Origin: Rhizodiscina lignyota
Taxonomy: Eukaryota
Reading direction: 5' to 3'
NCBI GenBank assembly: GCA_010015805.1
Contig: ML978141.1
Coordinates: 186,001 to 250,000 of the forward strand
Length of the DNA stretch: 64,000 nucleotides
The first letter of the stretch is position 1. Every line of letters starts with the position of its first letter. The translations under genes and the position numbers were made by a program. Of this stretch, positions 26,044 through 40,371 are shown one piece after another. The notes beneath the pieces were generated by a model, which saw nothing but the letters and a program-made list of their open reading frames with translations, was not told the origin of the DNA and ran no database searches.

Positions 26044-26693
26044 AGATATCTACTTCTTACTGCCATTACCACCTCCTGGAAACCTGAACTATGTAGTCAT
26101 ATACTTTGCCGCCGGATGTTCCAAGTCCCAAGGCTCCGCTTCGGTAGAGGTGTGCTCATGCCCAAGCACTCCGATGAATACCTAACGGGAACCAGCTTTA
26201 CTCAGCCAGTCGCGCACGCTCCACATATATGAAGCCTGTATAACGATCTCAGGCGAAGGCGGACGGGTGCCATGAAACTCGACCCTTCGTTGTTTTGAGC
26301 AATGATGTCGAGATCAAGAGTCTTACTCACTACCATTGGGCGACATCCCTGACTCACACCATCACTACTAAATGGGGAATGCATGGAAGAACGATCAATG
26401 TACCATAGTAGATCTGGAGGTTTCGGATCTATCTTCGCTGTACATCTTATATTAAGAAACTGCCTTGTTACCCTGTACTTTCCGCGCGCACTCACAATCC
26501 AAAGTGCCTTAGTCCGACTTTGCCTTCAGTACGAACTCCTGCATGAACGGACAACACTACCAATCATTCGGCACGCACAGAACCTGTCCTGGGAAAGCCG
26601 CACATTTCTCCCCCTTTGCCTCGCATTGTTCCGTCTGCGCATCCGTGCACGGAACTGCTGATCCGTTAGAATGGCTCACTCCTCAGTATTGAT

Positions 26694-26903
26694 TCACTTA
26701 CGTTCGATCTCACATTGTCCAGAGAAGGGGTTGCAGACGTGGTCAGAAGGGCATGATTCGGGGTGGAAGCCGCAATTGTCGCTTGGCGAGAGTGTCGAAA
26801 GCGGCCCTGCTGTGGAGGTGGAGGTGGAGACATCCAACCGTCTTGCTGGACTGGCGAGGGCCATGGAGGCGAAAAGAATGGCCAAGAGACTGAAGGGCTG
26901 CAT
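26694..26903 (-). CDS. Small secreted cysteine-containing peptide (69 aa)
   Basis: aaaATG context; signal peptide MQPFSLLAILFASMALA-SP; dibasic RR; S/T linker; C-x6-C-x5-C-x6-C. TATATAAA about 90 bp upstream. Confidence 0.7.
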   Translation of the reverse strand: MQPFSLLAILFASMALASPARRLDVSTSTSTAGPLSTLSPSDNCGFHPESCPSDHVCNPFSGQCEIERK

Positions 26904-27655
26904 TTTAAACTGGCGTGGGGGATGGGAGACGAGGGTGTTGAATTTGTGCATGTGCTGTTGATAAGAATGCCAACTGCATGAACATTGATTGTTTATATAG
27001 TCTTCTTCGAATCTGTATTTAGTTACAAATGTTGCATTCGGAGACAGAGCTCGCAAATAGTGTCGATGACGTTGGAAGCCGCCCCATTGGCGAAGCGTCG
27101 TTGTTGTTGGCTCTTTCGCTCCAGTTCAATATTAGGATGAGCATATATGACGATAAGCGGAAAGATTCAAGGCTTATCCACCACTCCTGATATGACTCAA
27201 GCATTGTGAAGTACGAGTCGAAAGAAGAGTGGTTTCACATGGCCTGGACATCTCGTGAAAACAGACTCGGGGTAAGCGACATCCTTCTGAAAAGCCACCC
27301 CCTTTCTCACAGCCATACGGAGACTTTCTAGTTTAAGCAATCAATAACAAGGCACCCGTAAACTTTTCAGAAGGGGCAGGTCTCACTAGTCATATTGTTC
27401 GTGAGGGCGCGACGCGGTGCTCCCTTTTAAACATCAAACGAACGCCCCAATGATCAATCCTCCAAGACAACTTTCTCATTCGAGATGGGCATTCAAACTC
27501 GTATTGGTACAATGGCGAGCTAATTTATTAAACAAGCTTGAGCAACGTTCTGTAGCCTTAGCGCCAAGGCCCATTTCAACAAGTGGCCTCTAGCAGTTCC
27601 GAGAAGGCTGCTCAGACGGACCATTACAACGTTGATCCTGAGACAGTCTCATTAG

Positions 27656-29863
27656 ATGGATGACTATTCTGAGTATACTGGAATATTCTTCCCTCCAAAA
27701 GTCAAAAGACATCTTCGACCGTTCTATCCGTATCTCGAGAAAGAGGGCAGCACCCATGCCCTCGAGCATCGAGCGCCGGAAGTACCTCACGGTATCAACC
27801 TCGAGACACTCAAGACTTGGATTAAGACTTGCATGAACACACATGGTAATCACTGCAGCAACCGGAATGCCTCGGCGTTTGGGAAACCAGTGTGGCTCAT
27901 TGATGTTGTGCGCGCATGTCTCGTGCCCGCCGACACTCACTGCTATCTTGCCTTGAGCTACGTATGGGGCGCGGTTGAATGTGCATCGCTCACACTGGAC
28001 ACGCTTGAAGCTCTCCAGGGGCATGAATCTCTTGCTAAAGTCTCCATACCTCGAACTATCAGAGACGCCATAGATTTGACACATCGATTGGGGCACCGGT
28101 ACCTTTGGGTCGATAAACTCTGCATAATTCAAGATGACATGGAGGAGAAGAAGTCTCAAATCCAGGCCATGAGGGGAGTCTACGCCGGAGCTTATTTGAC
28201 GATAATTGCAGCGCAAGGCTCTGATGCATCACAACCGCTCTACCCTGACCAACTTGACACCACGGATGCTGAGGTAATATGCGTACAGCAGCAACTTCAA
28301 TACGGGAGAAAGAAACAGCTGTTCGGGTCTAAGTGCGATCAAACTGGAGATCATCATGGAGAAGATTCTCAAATGCAATCTGTCGAGGATATGATCACAG
28401 ATGTCACCGGAAGTGACTTTGAGACCGCTTTTACCGAGAATCGAGGAATGGTCGACGATCTCATCGGCGGCATGAGTTGGGAAGAAGATTGCTACTCCCC
28501 TAGGGGCAATACACCGCCGGACTACGAAAACACCAATGAGCTGAAGGCAGCACTTGACAGATTTGGCCCGCAGACGTGGCAGCGGCTTATCAGTGAAGGC
28601 ATCATACAGCGTCTGGCCGTGGAACTAACACAGTCGACGTGGTATTCCAGAGGATGGACATTTCAAGAGTACCTCTTTTCCCCAAGACGCCTTGTATTCA
28701 ACGGAAATACGGTAAATTGGGAATGCCATTGCGCCGCGTGGCACGAGAACCAACAACACATCACAGCGAGGCAGTGCTACCACAATGGTACGAACGACGT
28801 CTTGGGCGTGGACACGACTGCCTGGCCGAATCTCTATCGATTGGTGCGAATAATTTGCCTGTTCAACCGCCGCTTCCTGACGCGTCCGGAAGACGTCCTG
28901 GATGCTTTTGAAGGGCCGCTGCTTTCGTTCCGCTCCGTCTTTTATAGTGGCTTCATTGCTGGACTGCCCCAGATGTTCTTCGATGCGGCGCTTCTGTGGC
29001 AGCCTTACTCCTCGCTCACCAGACGGAAACATTATGAAGAATCGTCTACTCCTGACACCGCCCTTCCATCCTGGTCGTGGATTGGGTGGCAAGGAAATCT
29101 GCATTCGGAGAGCTGGCTGGCATGTTTCGACTACGCCATACAAGTCAACAACTGGAGTGGTGCCATAGTCCCTTCATCGACTAGATCGACCGTGACATGG
29201 TCTTGGTCAACGTCGACGAATGGCCCAGCACAACCAGTCATCGTGTCCGCAGACGAGTTCCGAAAGAAGTACTCGGATAGGCATGAGCCATTGCCTGAAG
29301 GTTGGTCACATTCCGGAGACAACCATTTCCTGTGGCATAACCCGGACAAGTTCGAACCATTTCAATACTCACTTCCTAATAACTATCAACCATTTAAATA
29401 TCCAATTCCGATGATGGATTCCAATTCACAGCTCTCGCCTTCAATTCGCGCAGGCTTCCTTCATTGTCGTACGCGCTGTACCATCCTGAAAGTCGGGAAT
29501 CTGCTAAGGGACATTCCGTCGGTACGGCACGGATGTGTGACAGCGATACTCGTGCGTGGTGATGCCGTCAACACCTCCGTCGGATACCTGAGGTTAAATG
29601 AAGACCCGGACGCTGCCGAAACTCAGGTTGGAGACGTCTGCGAGCTGATCGAACTCTCTTCAGGCGAGCAGGAAAATGGGCTTCGGCATGCTCAAACACT
29701 TGACTGGGAAGGGGGAAAGAGTTTTCTTGATATGGAGAGCTTCTTCAATGTCATGTGGATTGAGTGGAAAGACAATGTAGCATACAGGAAGGCCGTCGGG
29801 CGCGTAAGGGAGAGCGTTTGGCGAGACGTTGAGACAGAGGAGGTTGATATTACGCTAGGCTGA
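27656..29863 (+). CDS. HET domain protein (TOL-like type)
   Basis: Motifs WLIDV, YLALSYVWG, IPRTIRDAI, RYLWVDKLCIIQDD, MRGVYAGAYLTIIAA, WYSRGWTFQE and PSWSWIGW, ending RKAVGRV...ITLG. Confidence 0.92.
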   Translation: MDDYSEYTGIFFPPKVKRHLRPFYPYLEKEGSTHALEHRAPEVPHGINLETLKTWIKTCMNTHGNHCSNRNASAFGKPVWLIDVVRACLVPADTHCYLALSYVWGAVECASLTLDTLEALQGHESLAKVSIPRTIRDAIDLTHRLGHRYLWVDKLCIIQDDMEEKKSQIQAMRGVYAGAYLTIIAAQGSDASQPLYPDQLDTTDAEVICVQQQLQYGRKKQLFGSKCDQTGDHHGEDSQMQSVEDMITDVTGSDFETAFTENRGMVDDLIGGMSWEEDCYSPRGNTPPDYENTNELKAALDRFGPQTWQRLISEGIIQRLAVELTQSTWYSRGWTFQEYLFSPRRLVFNGNTVNWECHCAAWHENQQHITARQCYHNGTNDVLGVDTTAWPNLYRLVRIICLFNRRFLTRPEDVLDAFEGPLLSFRSVFYSGFIAGLPQMFFDAALLWQPYSSLTRRKHYEESSTPDTALPSWSWIGWQGNLHSESWLACFDYAIQVNNWSGAIVPSSTRSTVTWSWSTSTNGPAQPVIVSADEFRKKYSDRHEPLPEGWSHSGDNHFLWHNPDKFEPFQYSLPNNYQPFKYPIPMMDSNSQLSPSIRAGFLHCRTRCTILKVGNLLRDIPSVRHGCVTAILVRGDAVNTSVGYLRLNEDPDAAETQVGDVCELIELSSGEQENGLRHAQTLDWEGGKSFLDMESFFNVMWIEWKDNVAYRKAVGRVRESVWRDVETEEVDITLG

Positions 29864-30047
29864 ATCGTTTGATCGAACAGTTCGATTATGACTGCATATT
29901 AGTCTCAGGATTAGAGAACCCGGATTAGTTTTGATGAGCCTGCCAAAGACTTATCAATACATTTTTGACCAACCGTGTAAAGGGTATATCAAGAATCCTG
30001 CCAAGCCCCGATCAGTCTGTCACTTGAAAACCATTACGCCCAGTTCC

Positions 30048-32567
30048 TCAAAGCCCAGTCCGCTCAACCTCCTCATTCCTGAAACCCTGAGTGAGAATAA
30101 CCACGCTCACACACGCCGCGTACGCCTCTCGAATCGCGCAAGCCATGCACGTCTCCCCAATTCTCGCGACCACTGCACTAACGCCCGAATGCGCACACCA
30201 AGCGCGGGCGAGGACCTCATTGTCGCTCACGCCGAGCGCTTCTATTGCAAGTACTTGCTCGAGACCCGAATATGCAGGTTGAAGTGGTGCTGAGAGGGCC
30301 ATCTCATCGTCACCGTCCGTACTGTGGGGCTCGGGGTCTCGAGGGAGGTATGACGTCTCTGTGGGTGAACTTCTCCCACCGCTTCTGCCATCACCGTCAC
30401 GCCCAGACGCAGAGCCGGAAGCTGTGGAAGCTGACGAGTGTCTGTGGGAGCGCGGACAATTGCGGCGACCCCAGTCTTTGATTTCCATGAGCCCATCGTC
30501 AACCTTGACGCATTTGTACGCGTAATCCCAGAATAGGACGTGAGGCCCCTGATGGCACGGAAACGCCGCGATGAAATCAACGTCATATCGGAGAGAGAGC
30601 GGGTAGCTCACACTCGGCTCGTACGGTCTGCTGAATGCGAAGACGATGGAAGCATCCCATGTCAGAGGTCTTTGGAAGTCACCGCGCGAGGGTGACGGTG
30701 GTGCTTGTTGGTCCTTGATCGGTTTGAAGCAGAGCCTCTCTACGCGAATTACATCGGTGACCTCGTCGAGCTCTGGCATGAGGATATCGTAGTCGCTGAC
30801 GGGATACTCGTCTGCTGTTGGGCCAAGAGGTACGGTTCGCTCGCTCATTGTTTGAATATCGGTTGGAAGAATACGGGCGTCCAGCGAGGGTTTTTGGCGA
30901 ATGATGGCACATTCAGTGCGTTTGAGGTCTAGGGAAGAATTACATGGTCCAATCCAGCCCGCAACTTGGTTAACTCCACGAGCTGCACCAAGCACTTTGC
31001 CGACGATGCATTTGTACGACCAGTATGTGTTGGCACGGTACTGGAATCCGGACGAAGGCCGCATATGGGTCAGAAAGTTGAGCACATCGCCAGAGCCCTC
31101 ATCGCAATCAATGAGAGAGTTCATCAGTAACCACGGAAGTGTCGGACCGGGCAAGACGACGCCAGTAAACCAGGACATGGCATCTGCAGACCGCTCTTCG
31201 ACTCGCTTCTGCGAGCGATCTCTTTCGTCCAGAGTATGAAGGACATCTTCCATGTTTGGCCACTTGAGTATTCGAGCGAAAGTTTTCAGTGCCTCTTTTT
31301 GACGGTCCTTGCTGCGGAGCTCAAAGCTAAACGACTTTCCTTTCCCTGACGCTGCATCGCGTAATTTAGATATCGACATGTTCTCTAGCCAACGCTCGGC
31401 AACAGCCATATCCCACCCAATCTTTGGCGGCAGAGCGAGAAGAAGTTGGCGTTTTGCTGACTCATGGTGCTGGCTCGCATGAATGCGCAGGTGTAGCTCG
31501 ATGGAAAGTAGTAATTGATGAAAGAAATGCTTCTTGCGATCTTGGTCTTGACTGTCGAAGAATTTGGCCACGACATGGTTCGCCGGCTTGCTGAAATCGA
31601 TCCATTCAGGATTACTGAGTACAGCGATCAAATCTACTATCTGTCGCTCTAGTCCGTAATGTGGGTCGCTATGTTCCTCGGGATCATAAATCAATTTGCC
31701 ATATAGCGAGTTGTAGAGCTCGTCAACATCCTGATTAGTGGTTAGATAAAGTCCTTTGCAAGTCCAATTAAACTTACATCTTCGTCAAGACCAATTTCCA
31801 ATTGCCGCAGCCTTTCGAGAATAGCTGCTAGCTTCATCTTCCTTGGCTTTACACTCGATCCGACTTGCAGCTTCGGGCTGAGGCTGCCAAACTTGCTCAC
31901 ACGATGTGTGGCCGTCGTAGTTCCAGGTATTCTTCCAAACGCAAAAAGCATCGCTGGCTGTTCCAAAGCCATCCAAGGAAACGCGTTGTCCACAGCACCC
32001 GTGATGCTTAGAGAAATGTGTTTGAATGCATCTGACTGAAATGGCGCAGCATCCGTTCGTCTGTAGTGCTCCGACTCCATGACAACGAAGAACCTGTGAT
32101 GTCCTGGGGCATTACGTATCTCATCCCAATATCCCTTGAACGTAGATGCTCCAGAGACTATCACGTCCTCGGCCTCTCTCGGCGTAAGAACCGCATCGGA
32201 CTTGAGCCCGCGAGGTGGCCATTTCCTCCTGGTTCTGAACTCCTCCAAGGACGTAACTTGAGCGTGGGAATTTCGTCTCGGTGGGGTGTATGTCGGATGA
32301 GGAAAGGAATGTGGGCCATCCCTGGATGTGGGTCGGCTGTGGCCGCTGTAGGCACTGAGTGATGGACGTGGGGGAGCTGGATTGGAATACGTGCGAGGAA
32401 ACGGTCGAAACTAATCAATGTCAACACACTGTATTTCCTCATTGCGTCTGGTCATCGAGTCGTACTGGAAGCTCTCGCGGCTCAGCCCATCGCGCATCGA
32501 GCTCTCTTCGTCGTCTTTCCCACCAACCGAAGTCGTTGTTCATTCCTCTTGCGGGTTGTGTCAGCAT
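30048..32567 (-). CDS. Conserved fungal hypothetical protein, probably 3 exons
   Basis: A long last exon (30048 to about 31730) is joined by a gtaagt...cag intron to the frame containing ORF 31742-32248. A probable first exon ends WWERRRRELDARWAEPRELP|. The start is uncertain. Confidence 0.7.
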
Positions 32568-33367
32568 TTTATTGAGGATGAGAAATAAACAGGAAGAGGA
32601 TCAGGCTGAAATATAAGACGCCAGCCTTATGGCCGTCGAAAGACTTGTAACCATGCCGGTGTGATTTCCTTCTTAGTCGCTATTCGACTTACACATTCAG
32701 GGCATATCATGAAAACTGAAAGCTTCCGATGAAGCTCCGACGAAGCTAGCTCGACTTAATCACTCCGTCACTCACTGCTGCAAGTGAGGCCGGGACAGCG
32801 TGTCACGACGCGGCGTTTGGTGTTTCGGTGAAGGCAGTTGCTGTCCTGCATCCCACGAACGAGACTCGACGCGAGTTTGAATGAAGGCGACACTGAGCTC
32901 TGAAGCAGATGAGCAAGAGAGATGTCCTGATGCATCGAGGTTGAGTCCGTCTTGTCCAGGCAACGACGCGTCGAGGGCCCACGTTGCACTCCACACGTGA
33001 GCTCCATCCGCGAATCAATTGCGGGTCGGACGGCTTCATCTCAACCCTAACCCTCATAGGGCTGGGAATTCTTTGGGCATCAGAAGAGAGTCGGACTCAT
33101 TTTCTCGTATCATCCAATTAGATACTAGAGATAATCTTACCCTGGTTCTTAACGGAGTCTCTCATTATCAAGCGAACCAGATCAATACAGCGGAGAAGGT
33201 AGGTGAAGCTCCGTACGATCGACATTCATCGTATCGCGATATGTCGTAAACCTGGACCTGGTAGGATTGTTTGATTAAGAATCTCTGTCCTCTTTTGGGT
33301 AATTTCATCCTTCATCAATTGACTTCCATTTCCATAATAAATAATAAGGGCATCGCTCTTCGAAGAG

Positions 33368-34757
33368 ATGAGTCGGCTCAACGACCTCGCAGCAGAAATC
33401 GCAAAGAGCACGGAGGAAGTCAGCGAATACTTTTCGACCAACAACCTCCCTCAGCCCTCATTCGAAATCAGCGCTCCAATTGATGCATTCGCCACAGCTC
33501 CAAGCGACATTCAAAATGCAAGAACAAAAGCAATCGAAGCCTCAATCGAACTCCAACAACTCCTCAACGGGAATGTCAACGTGATGATTCCAGACGTATC
33601 AAACCCGGCTTCCCACCATCCGAACCAAACACTGACCCGAAATAGACGAATGCTTCAAGCATGCGAGCAATATACCGCTTCAAAATAGCCAACCAATTCC
33701 CAATCGGCGAAGAGATTTCCTACTCCGAGCTCGCCGACCGTTGCGATCTGTATGAACATGATCTCCGCCGCCTCATCAGATACGCCATCGTCCGGTACCG
33801 CGTCTTCAAGGAAGCTCGAAAGGGCTACATCCAGCACACTGCAGCATCCAAACTACTAGCCGAGAGCACGAGCATCCAGAACGTTATGGCTCTCATCTTC
33901 GAAGAGACGTGGCCCGCAAATGCGAAGAGTGTAGATGCGCTGAGCAAGTTTGGCAAGAGCCAGGAACCAAATGCCACTGCAAGTCACTCCCCTAAATATT
34001 AACCTCTAAATTGAAAGGACCGATGAGACTGAAATAATCAAAGGGCTACTCCCTCGCAAATGATACCCCCCTCTCCATCTACTCCTTCCTGGCATCTCAC
34101 CCCGACCGCGCAAAGCGCTTCTCTTCCTCTATGGCCACAACCTCTGAGTCTGGCATGGCCGCCCTTGCCAAACTGTATGACTGGTCGGCCCTCTCGCCCG
34201 GCAGCACAGTCGTCGACGTCGGCGGGGCGCGCGGTCATGTCAGCGCGTACCTTGCACAGCGCTTCCCGCATCTCAACTTCGTAGTGCAGGACCTGCCCGC
34301 TGTGGTCGCTGGGTCCGAGATGAGCGGCGAGGACGATGCAGTGTACTACGTCCCCTCAGACGTGATAGATCGCGTGACGCTTCAGGCCCACGACTTTTTC
34401 ACTCCGCAACCGATCATCGGCGCAGCGGTATATCTAATCCGATACACGCTGCACAACTGGTCCGACGCGTACGCCGCGAAGATGCTGCGGTATCTAGTGC
34501 ACGCGATGGCACCGAGGGGCCAGATCGTGGTGCAGGATCATATGCTGCCGGAGCCGGGAACGCTGTCGCTGCTGAGGGAGAGGGAGATACGGGGGATGGA
34601 TTTAATCATGTTGAGCTTGTTCAATTCGAGAGAGAGGGAGGAGGCGGATTGGGCAGGGTTATTTGACATGGCGGACGAGAGGTTGAAATTGATGAGTGCG
34701 AAGAGGCTGGAAGAAGGTTCTGCTTCTGCGGTTATTGTGGCGGCGTTAGAGGGTTGA
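33368..34757 (+). CDS. SAM-dependent O-methyltransferase (sterigmatocystin OMT/COMT-type), 3 exons
   Basis: Exons 33368-33595, 33646-33978 and 34044-34757 (second intron GC-AG). Motifs VVDVGGARG, FVVQDL, HDFFTPQP, LHNWSD and NSRERE. Confidence 0.9.
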
Positions 34758-35124
34758 GTGTGGTGCTGGCTTCGAGCCGAGTCCGACTTGTCACAAAACC
34801 AGACAGAACAAGTGGTGAGATACTTTTAGGTATGCATTTGCATCTCATCGAGGTAATGAAACTGCAAACAGCTATTTGAAACAGCTGTTAACAAAATCTA
34901 ATCGTCCCAAACTCATCGCCACCCCAATGCATCAGTGTCTCAAAGTCAAACCATCATAAAAGAGAAGAAGAAGAACCGTGACCATGCCTATCAGCGCTAA
35001 GTTCAGGGCCGCATCGCAAAGCCCAGCAACCCACCAAAGCCCAAAAGCATCGCAAAGCATGCAATCCCAAAAATTCTGAGAAGGAAGGAAAAGGAAAAAG
35101 GAGAGCATCATCATTCCGCGTAGC

Positions 35125-38100
35125 TCAGTAAGGACGCTTGGCAGGGCTTCTCAACGGGCTCGTAATCTCGAAAGTACCCTTCGGCGGCAGCTTCGGCAAC
35201 GCGGGCACCAGACCAGTTCCAGCTCGCACACCAGTTTGATACTCCACTCCCTCCAATGCGTCGAGTCCAGGAGGCACCTTCTTCGTCGGAGAAATCCTAT
35301 CGCCACCATTCGCAGCCACCGAGCTCGCGGCAAGCTGTGCACGCTTTTTGGCCTCTCGTGCCTCACGCTCCTCTCGTGCCTTCTCCTCTCGGGCCTTCTT
35401 CTCCTGGGCCTTCTTCTCCTCACGCCACTTCGCCGTATGCTCGAACATGTTGGAAAACACCTGTATTTTGTGCTCTGCGAGCATAGCATTGAGGTTTACT
35501 TGTGGTGACTGCACCAACGAGCCGTACTTCTTTCGCTTCTTGACGGCGCGCGCCGGATCCCATGCTGCGTGGTTGTTCGCCACGAAGATGAGGGAGTGCT
35601 TTGTTTCCTGTGAGAACCATAGGATCCATCCACACAGAGGTGGATTGTAAAGGGGGGGGATAGAGAGACTTACTCTAAAATACCATTCAGGGAGGAGGTC
35701 GTCCGGATCGGGGCGCTTGACGGATTGGATGACGTTGCCCGCGACGAAGCCGAAGATGAAGTCGATGAAGTCTTCAACGCGTCCTTTCTCTATGTGAGTA
35801 ACACTATGCTGCTGCATCTGGGACCAGGGGGAGACTCACGGTTGTTGTCATTGAGAAGATGGACCAGACCCGAATAGGCATCGCCAATGCCAACGACGAA
35901 GAGATGAGTAGCTAAGCTTGTGCTGTACGGGACGAATTAGCACAGATAAAGGCAATGCCGGCTATATACATACTAGATGTAGTTGTCCCACAGGTAAGTC
36001 GCGATCTCTCGCGTGTTCGCTACACGAGTGTTGTGATCTGCAGTGGCTCGATCTTCCCATTGGTCCTGCAGCCGGTAAGCACTTTCTTCGCCACGAAGCA
36101 GGAGGAGACGCATACCTCATATACTCCAGAAACTGTGGGGATGTTGACATCAATGACGCCAAAGCCCTGTTTCACGGCCCACTCGACGTATGTCTTCGAA
36201 TCATCAGCCTTCGATACTAGTCAGCCCAAAGTGGTGTTAGTGGATCTCATATCATACCAGCCATGCATTATCTAGTTCGACTTTACCCGTTCGCATGTTT
36301 GGACCAGCACTGATCATCTCCGGGGGGTCGTGGAATATGAGAAGAACAGGGACTTTCTCATCGTAGTTCGGACTATTTCTGGGTGAGCTTCTGTAAATAA
36401 GGCAGGGGCGGACTACTCACGTTACTAGGACTTGGCCTTCATAAGATCTTGACAATCCATCTCGAATGATGGGCAAGGGTCGCATCTTGAACTCATCCCA
36501 CATCTTATCTTTCTTCCAGCCACTGACAATCTCACTGACCTTGGTAGGAGTGGCAGGCAACGCCTTAAGGCTAGCAAGTTGGCCAGCCAGGTCGCCGTCA
36601 GACAAGTGTGCCAATGAGTCGAAGCGCTCTTTCAAGATCGCGCCAGCGCCTGGTTGGTAGAGTCGTTTCCAGAACCGTGATTGCTGCACAATAACCGACT
36701 GGATGTCATCGATAGCGGCGTCGGTGGGGTCGATGTCGAGAATACGGTCCGGAGGCTCGCCCATCAGTGTTCGTGTCACAGCAAGAGCTGACTTGGAGAT
36801 TGAACGCAGATTATAGCCTCCTTCAAGAACGACAGCCACCTTGCCTTTTGCGAGGGACATGAGCATGTGTGTCATATGCGCGTATCCTGCGGGAGATATG
36901 TGGCATTGTCCAAGAGTGTCACCCTCGGCCGCGTCGAATCCAGCCGCAATGATGACCAGATCGGGGTCGAATTCCCTGGCAATCGGCATGACGACTTTCT
37001 GAAACGCCAAAAGATAGTCTGCATCCGTCTTGCCATGTGATGACCAAGGAATGTTGACGTTGTAACCAAGACCTTCGCCCTCGCCGCAGTGCTTGTGGTC
37101 TCCAAACGGACCTGGTGGGTAGAAATTGCCGTCGCAGTGGACATGAAGCGAGATGTACAGGACGTTCGGGTCCTTGTAGAAGGCTTCCTGGACCCCATTG
37201 CCGTGATGGACATCCCAATCTAGAACGAAAACCTTTCGACACTTGTCGGGAAAGTCGCGCTGGCAGACCCTGGCAGCGACGCCTACATTATCGAAGAAGC
37301 AGAAACCGCTAGCCTCATCTGACTCGGCGTGATGTCCAGGTGGCCGAATAACAGCTATGGAATTCTTGACATGGCCAGCTACAACGGCACGGCAGGCTTC
37401 AATGGCTCCACCGCAAGAGAGCTTTGCGCAGAAAAAGGTCATTTTATGCAGGTAGATGGACTCGTGCCTCCTTTCCTCTTCAATGAGTTCATTGTTGCTC
37501 ATGTTTGGGAGACCTTCAGCCCATCCGTAGTGCTCGGAGGTGTGTACCAGACATATTTCCGCTGGTGTGGCCTCGCGCGCTCTAATCCGCCAAAGCTTAT
37601 AGTGGTCCTCGGGGCTTGGGTCGGCAAGCTCATCGACAACTAAGCCAGCTTTGCTGAGCTCCGTGAAGATCTCATGGGTTCGCCTTGGATCCTCAGGGTG
37701 GTAATCGTTACCGATCTTGTCGTAGTGGATGAGTTCAGTGTGAAACCGCATCCGCACGTCGTACACGAGTCCTGACTGGTTCGAAGAGTAAGGGAGAGCG
37801 AGAGTCTTTGGCTGCGGGATCACCACCTGCACAGAGGTGTTGCCATCAGGAGCGGTCGTGTCGAACTTGTCGTACGGTACTGGGCTGTCGTCGCCAATCG
37901 AGCTGAGTTCTGATGAGGCGTCGCTATTCGAAGAAACGTCCCGGATCGGTGCGATCTCGGGGCGCATTTGGGGTTGTGGCAGGGTTGACTCATCGACATT
38001 ATCGAAGAGAGTGGAGGATGGCGCAGCTAGAGTCTCAGTTTCGAGGACGAAGACTGCCGGATTGACAGTTCCAGTTGCGTTATCCACGTCCAAATCTTTC

Positions 38101-38144
38101 ATCATCACGTCATCACCTCCAACGGCATCCATGATGCCCTCCAT
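35125..38144 (-). CDS. HDA1: Class II histone deacetylase Hda1/Clr3 with Arb2 domain, about 7 exons
   Basis: HPEDPRR, RPPGHHAE, GFCFFDNV, DWDVHHGNG, AGFDAAEGD and LEGGY. Downstream exons give TPNY...LLIFHDPPE, YVEWAVKQGFGVIDVNIP, YLWDNYI and HSLIFVANNH (Arb2). Confidence 0.92.
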
Positions 38145-39117
38145 CTTGAAGGCCGGAGTGCCTTATGCACAGCGCTTAGTGTGATCGCATTCACTCATGC
38201 AAGTGCGCTAAAATACGTTGCTGATTAGCGAGGTTCTTGGGGTTGTCAATCACATGTAGTAAGAGAAGAGGAATCGTGATTGTATTGGGCCATACACAGT
38301 TCTGCGAAGGAAAGAGTGAGTAGGAGTGTAAAGTTCCGCGGTGAAAGATGACAAGAGAGAAATTTCCAGAAGCAAAGTGTTCCCGTTGCGTTGAGTGAAG
38401 CCTCAGATCGCATGTGCTCAGCTCTTCAGAATTTGGATGCAAGGAAAGGATTATAGAGCAAATGGAACAAAGATTAAATACACAAAAGAAAATCTTGTAT
38501 AGTGAAAAGTTGCTCACCTGTTGCAGGTTGAACCAGATTTTGGTGGAATGTCTCGGGCACCTGCGTTGCAGTTGCAGCAACTTGGATGGTGTAAGTGAAG
38601 CGCGCAAAGATTGAAACCAGAGATCTCCACGTAGAAGCTCGTGAACAGGTCTTTTTAACGCTGTATTGTACTTCCAATGGGATATGAGGGGTTTGAAAGC
38701 AAGAGGGGATCTGTGAGAAAGGTTGTTGCGGGATATGAAAGAGAGAGAGTCGCGAAACAACAGGAAGGGTAACGTGATTTATTTCGGGCCCTTAGTCAGT
38801 CACACTAGTCCAGATTAGGCTACACGCGTAATTTAACGCCCCAAAGGCGTCCGTAGCGACACGACGAGAGGGCTTTCGAGAGGGTTCTGCGTCAATGTAC
38901 TGACTCCGGAATAAAGCAGTTTGGCACAGAGAGACGAAGGTGTCATGAAAGGCAAGACCAAGACCTCGGTATGTTCATTTTCATGAATTTCATAATCTAT
39001 CCATTCAATCTGCTACCTTCCACGCGCCTCCCCAGAATGTGGATTTTTTCAAGGCCAATATTACCCTACGGAAGACGAGAAGTTGTTTGATCAAAGCGAT
39101 AGGCTGCTTCTGCACTA

Positions 39118-40371
<1,254 letters not shown>

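Noticed and set aside
33043..33054. Telomerase RNA template
   Set aside because: The intergenic gap is only about 800 bp between divergent genes, which is short for a filamentous-fungal TER, and I recognised no other TER element.
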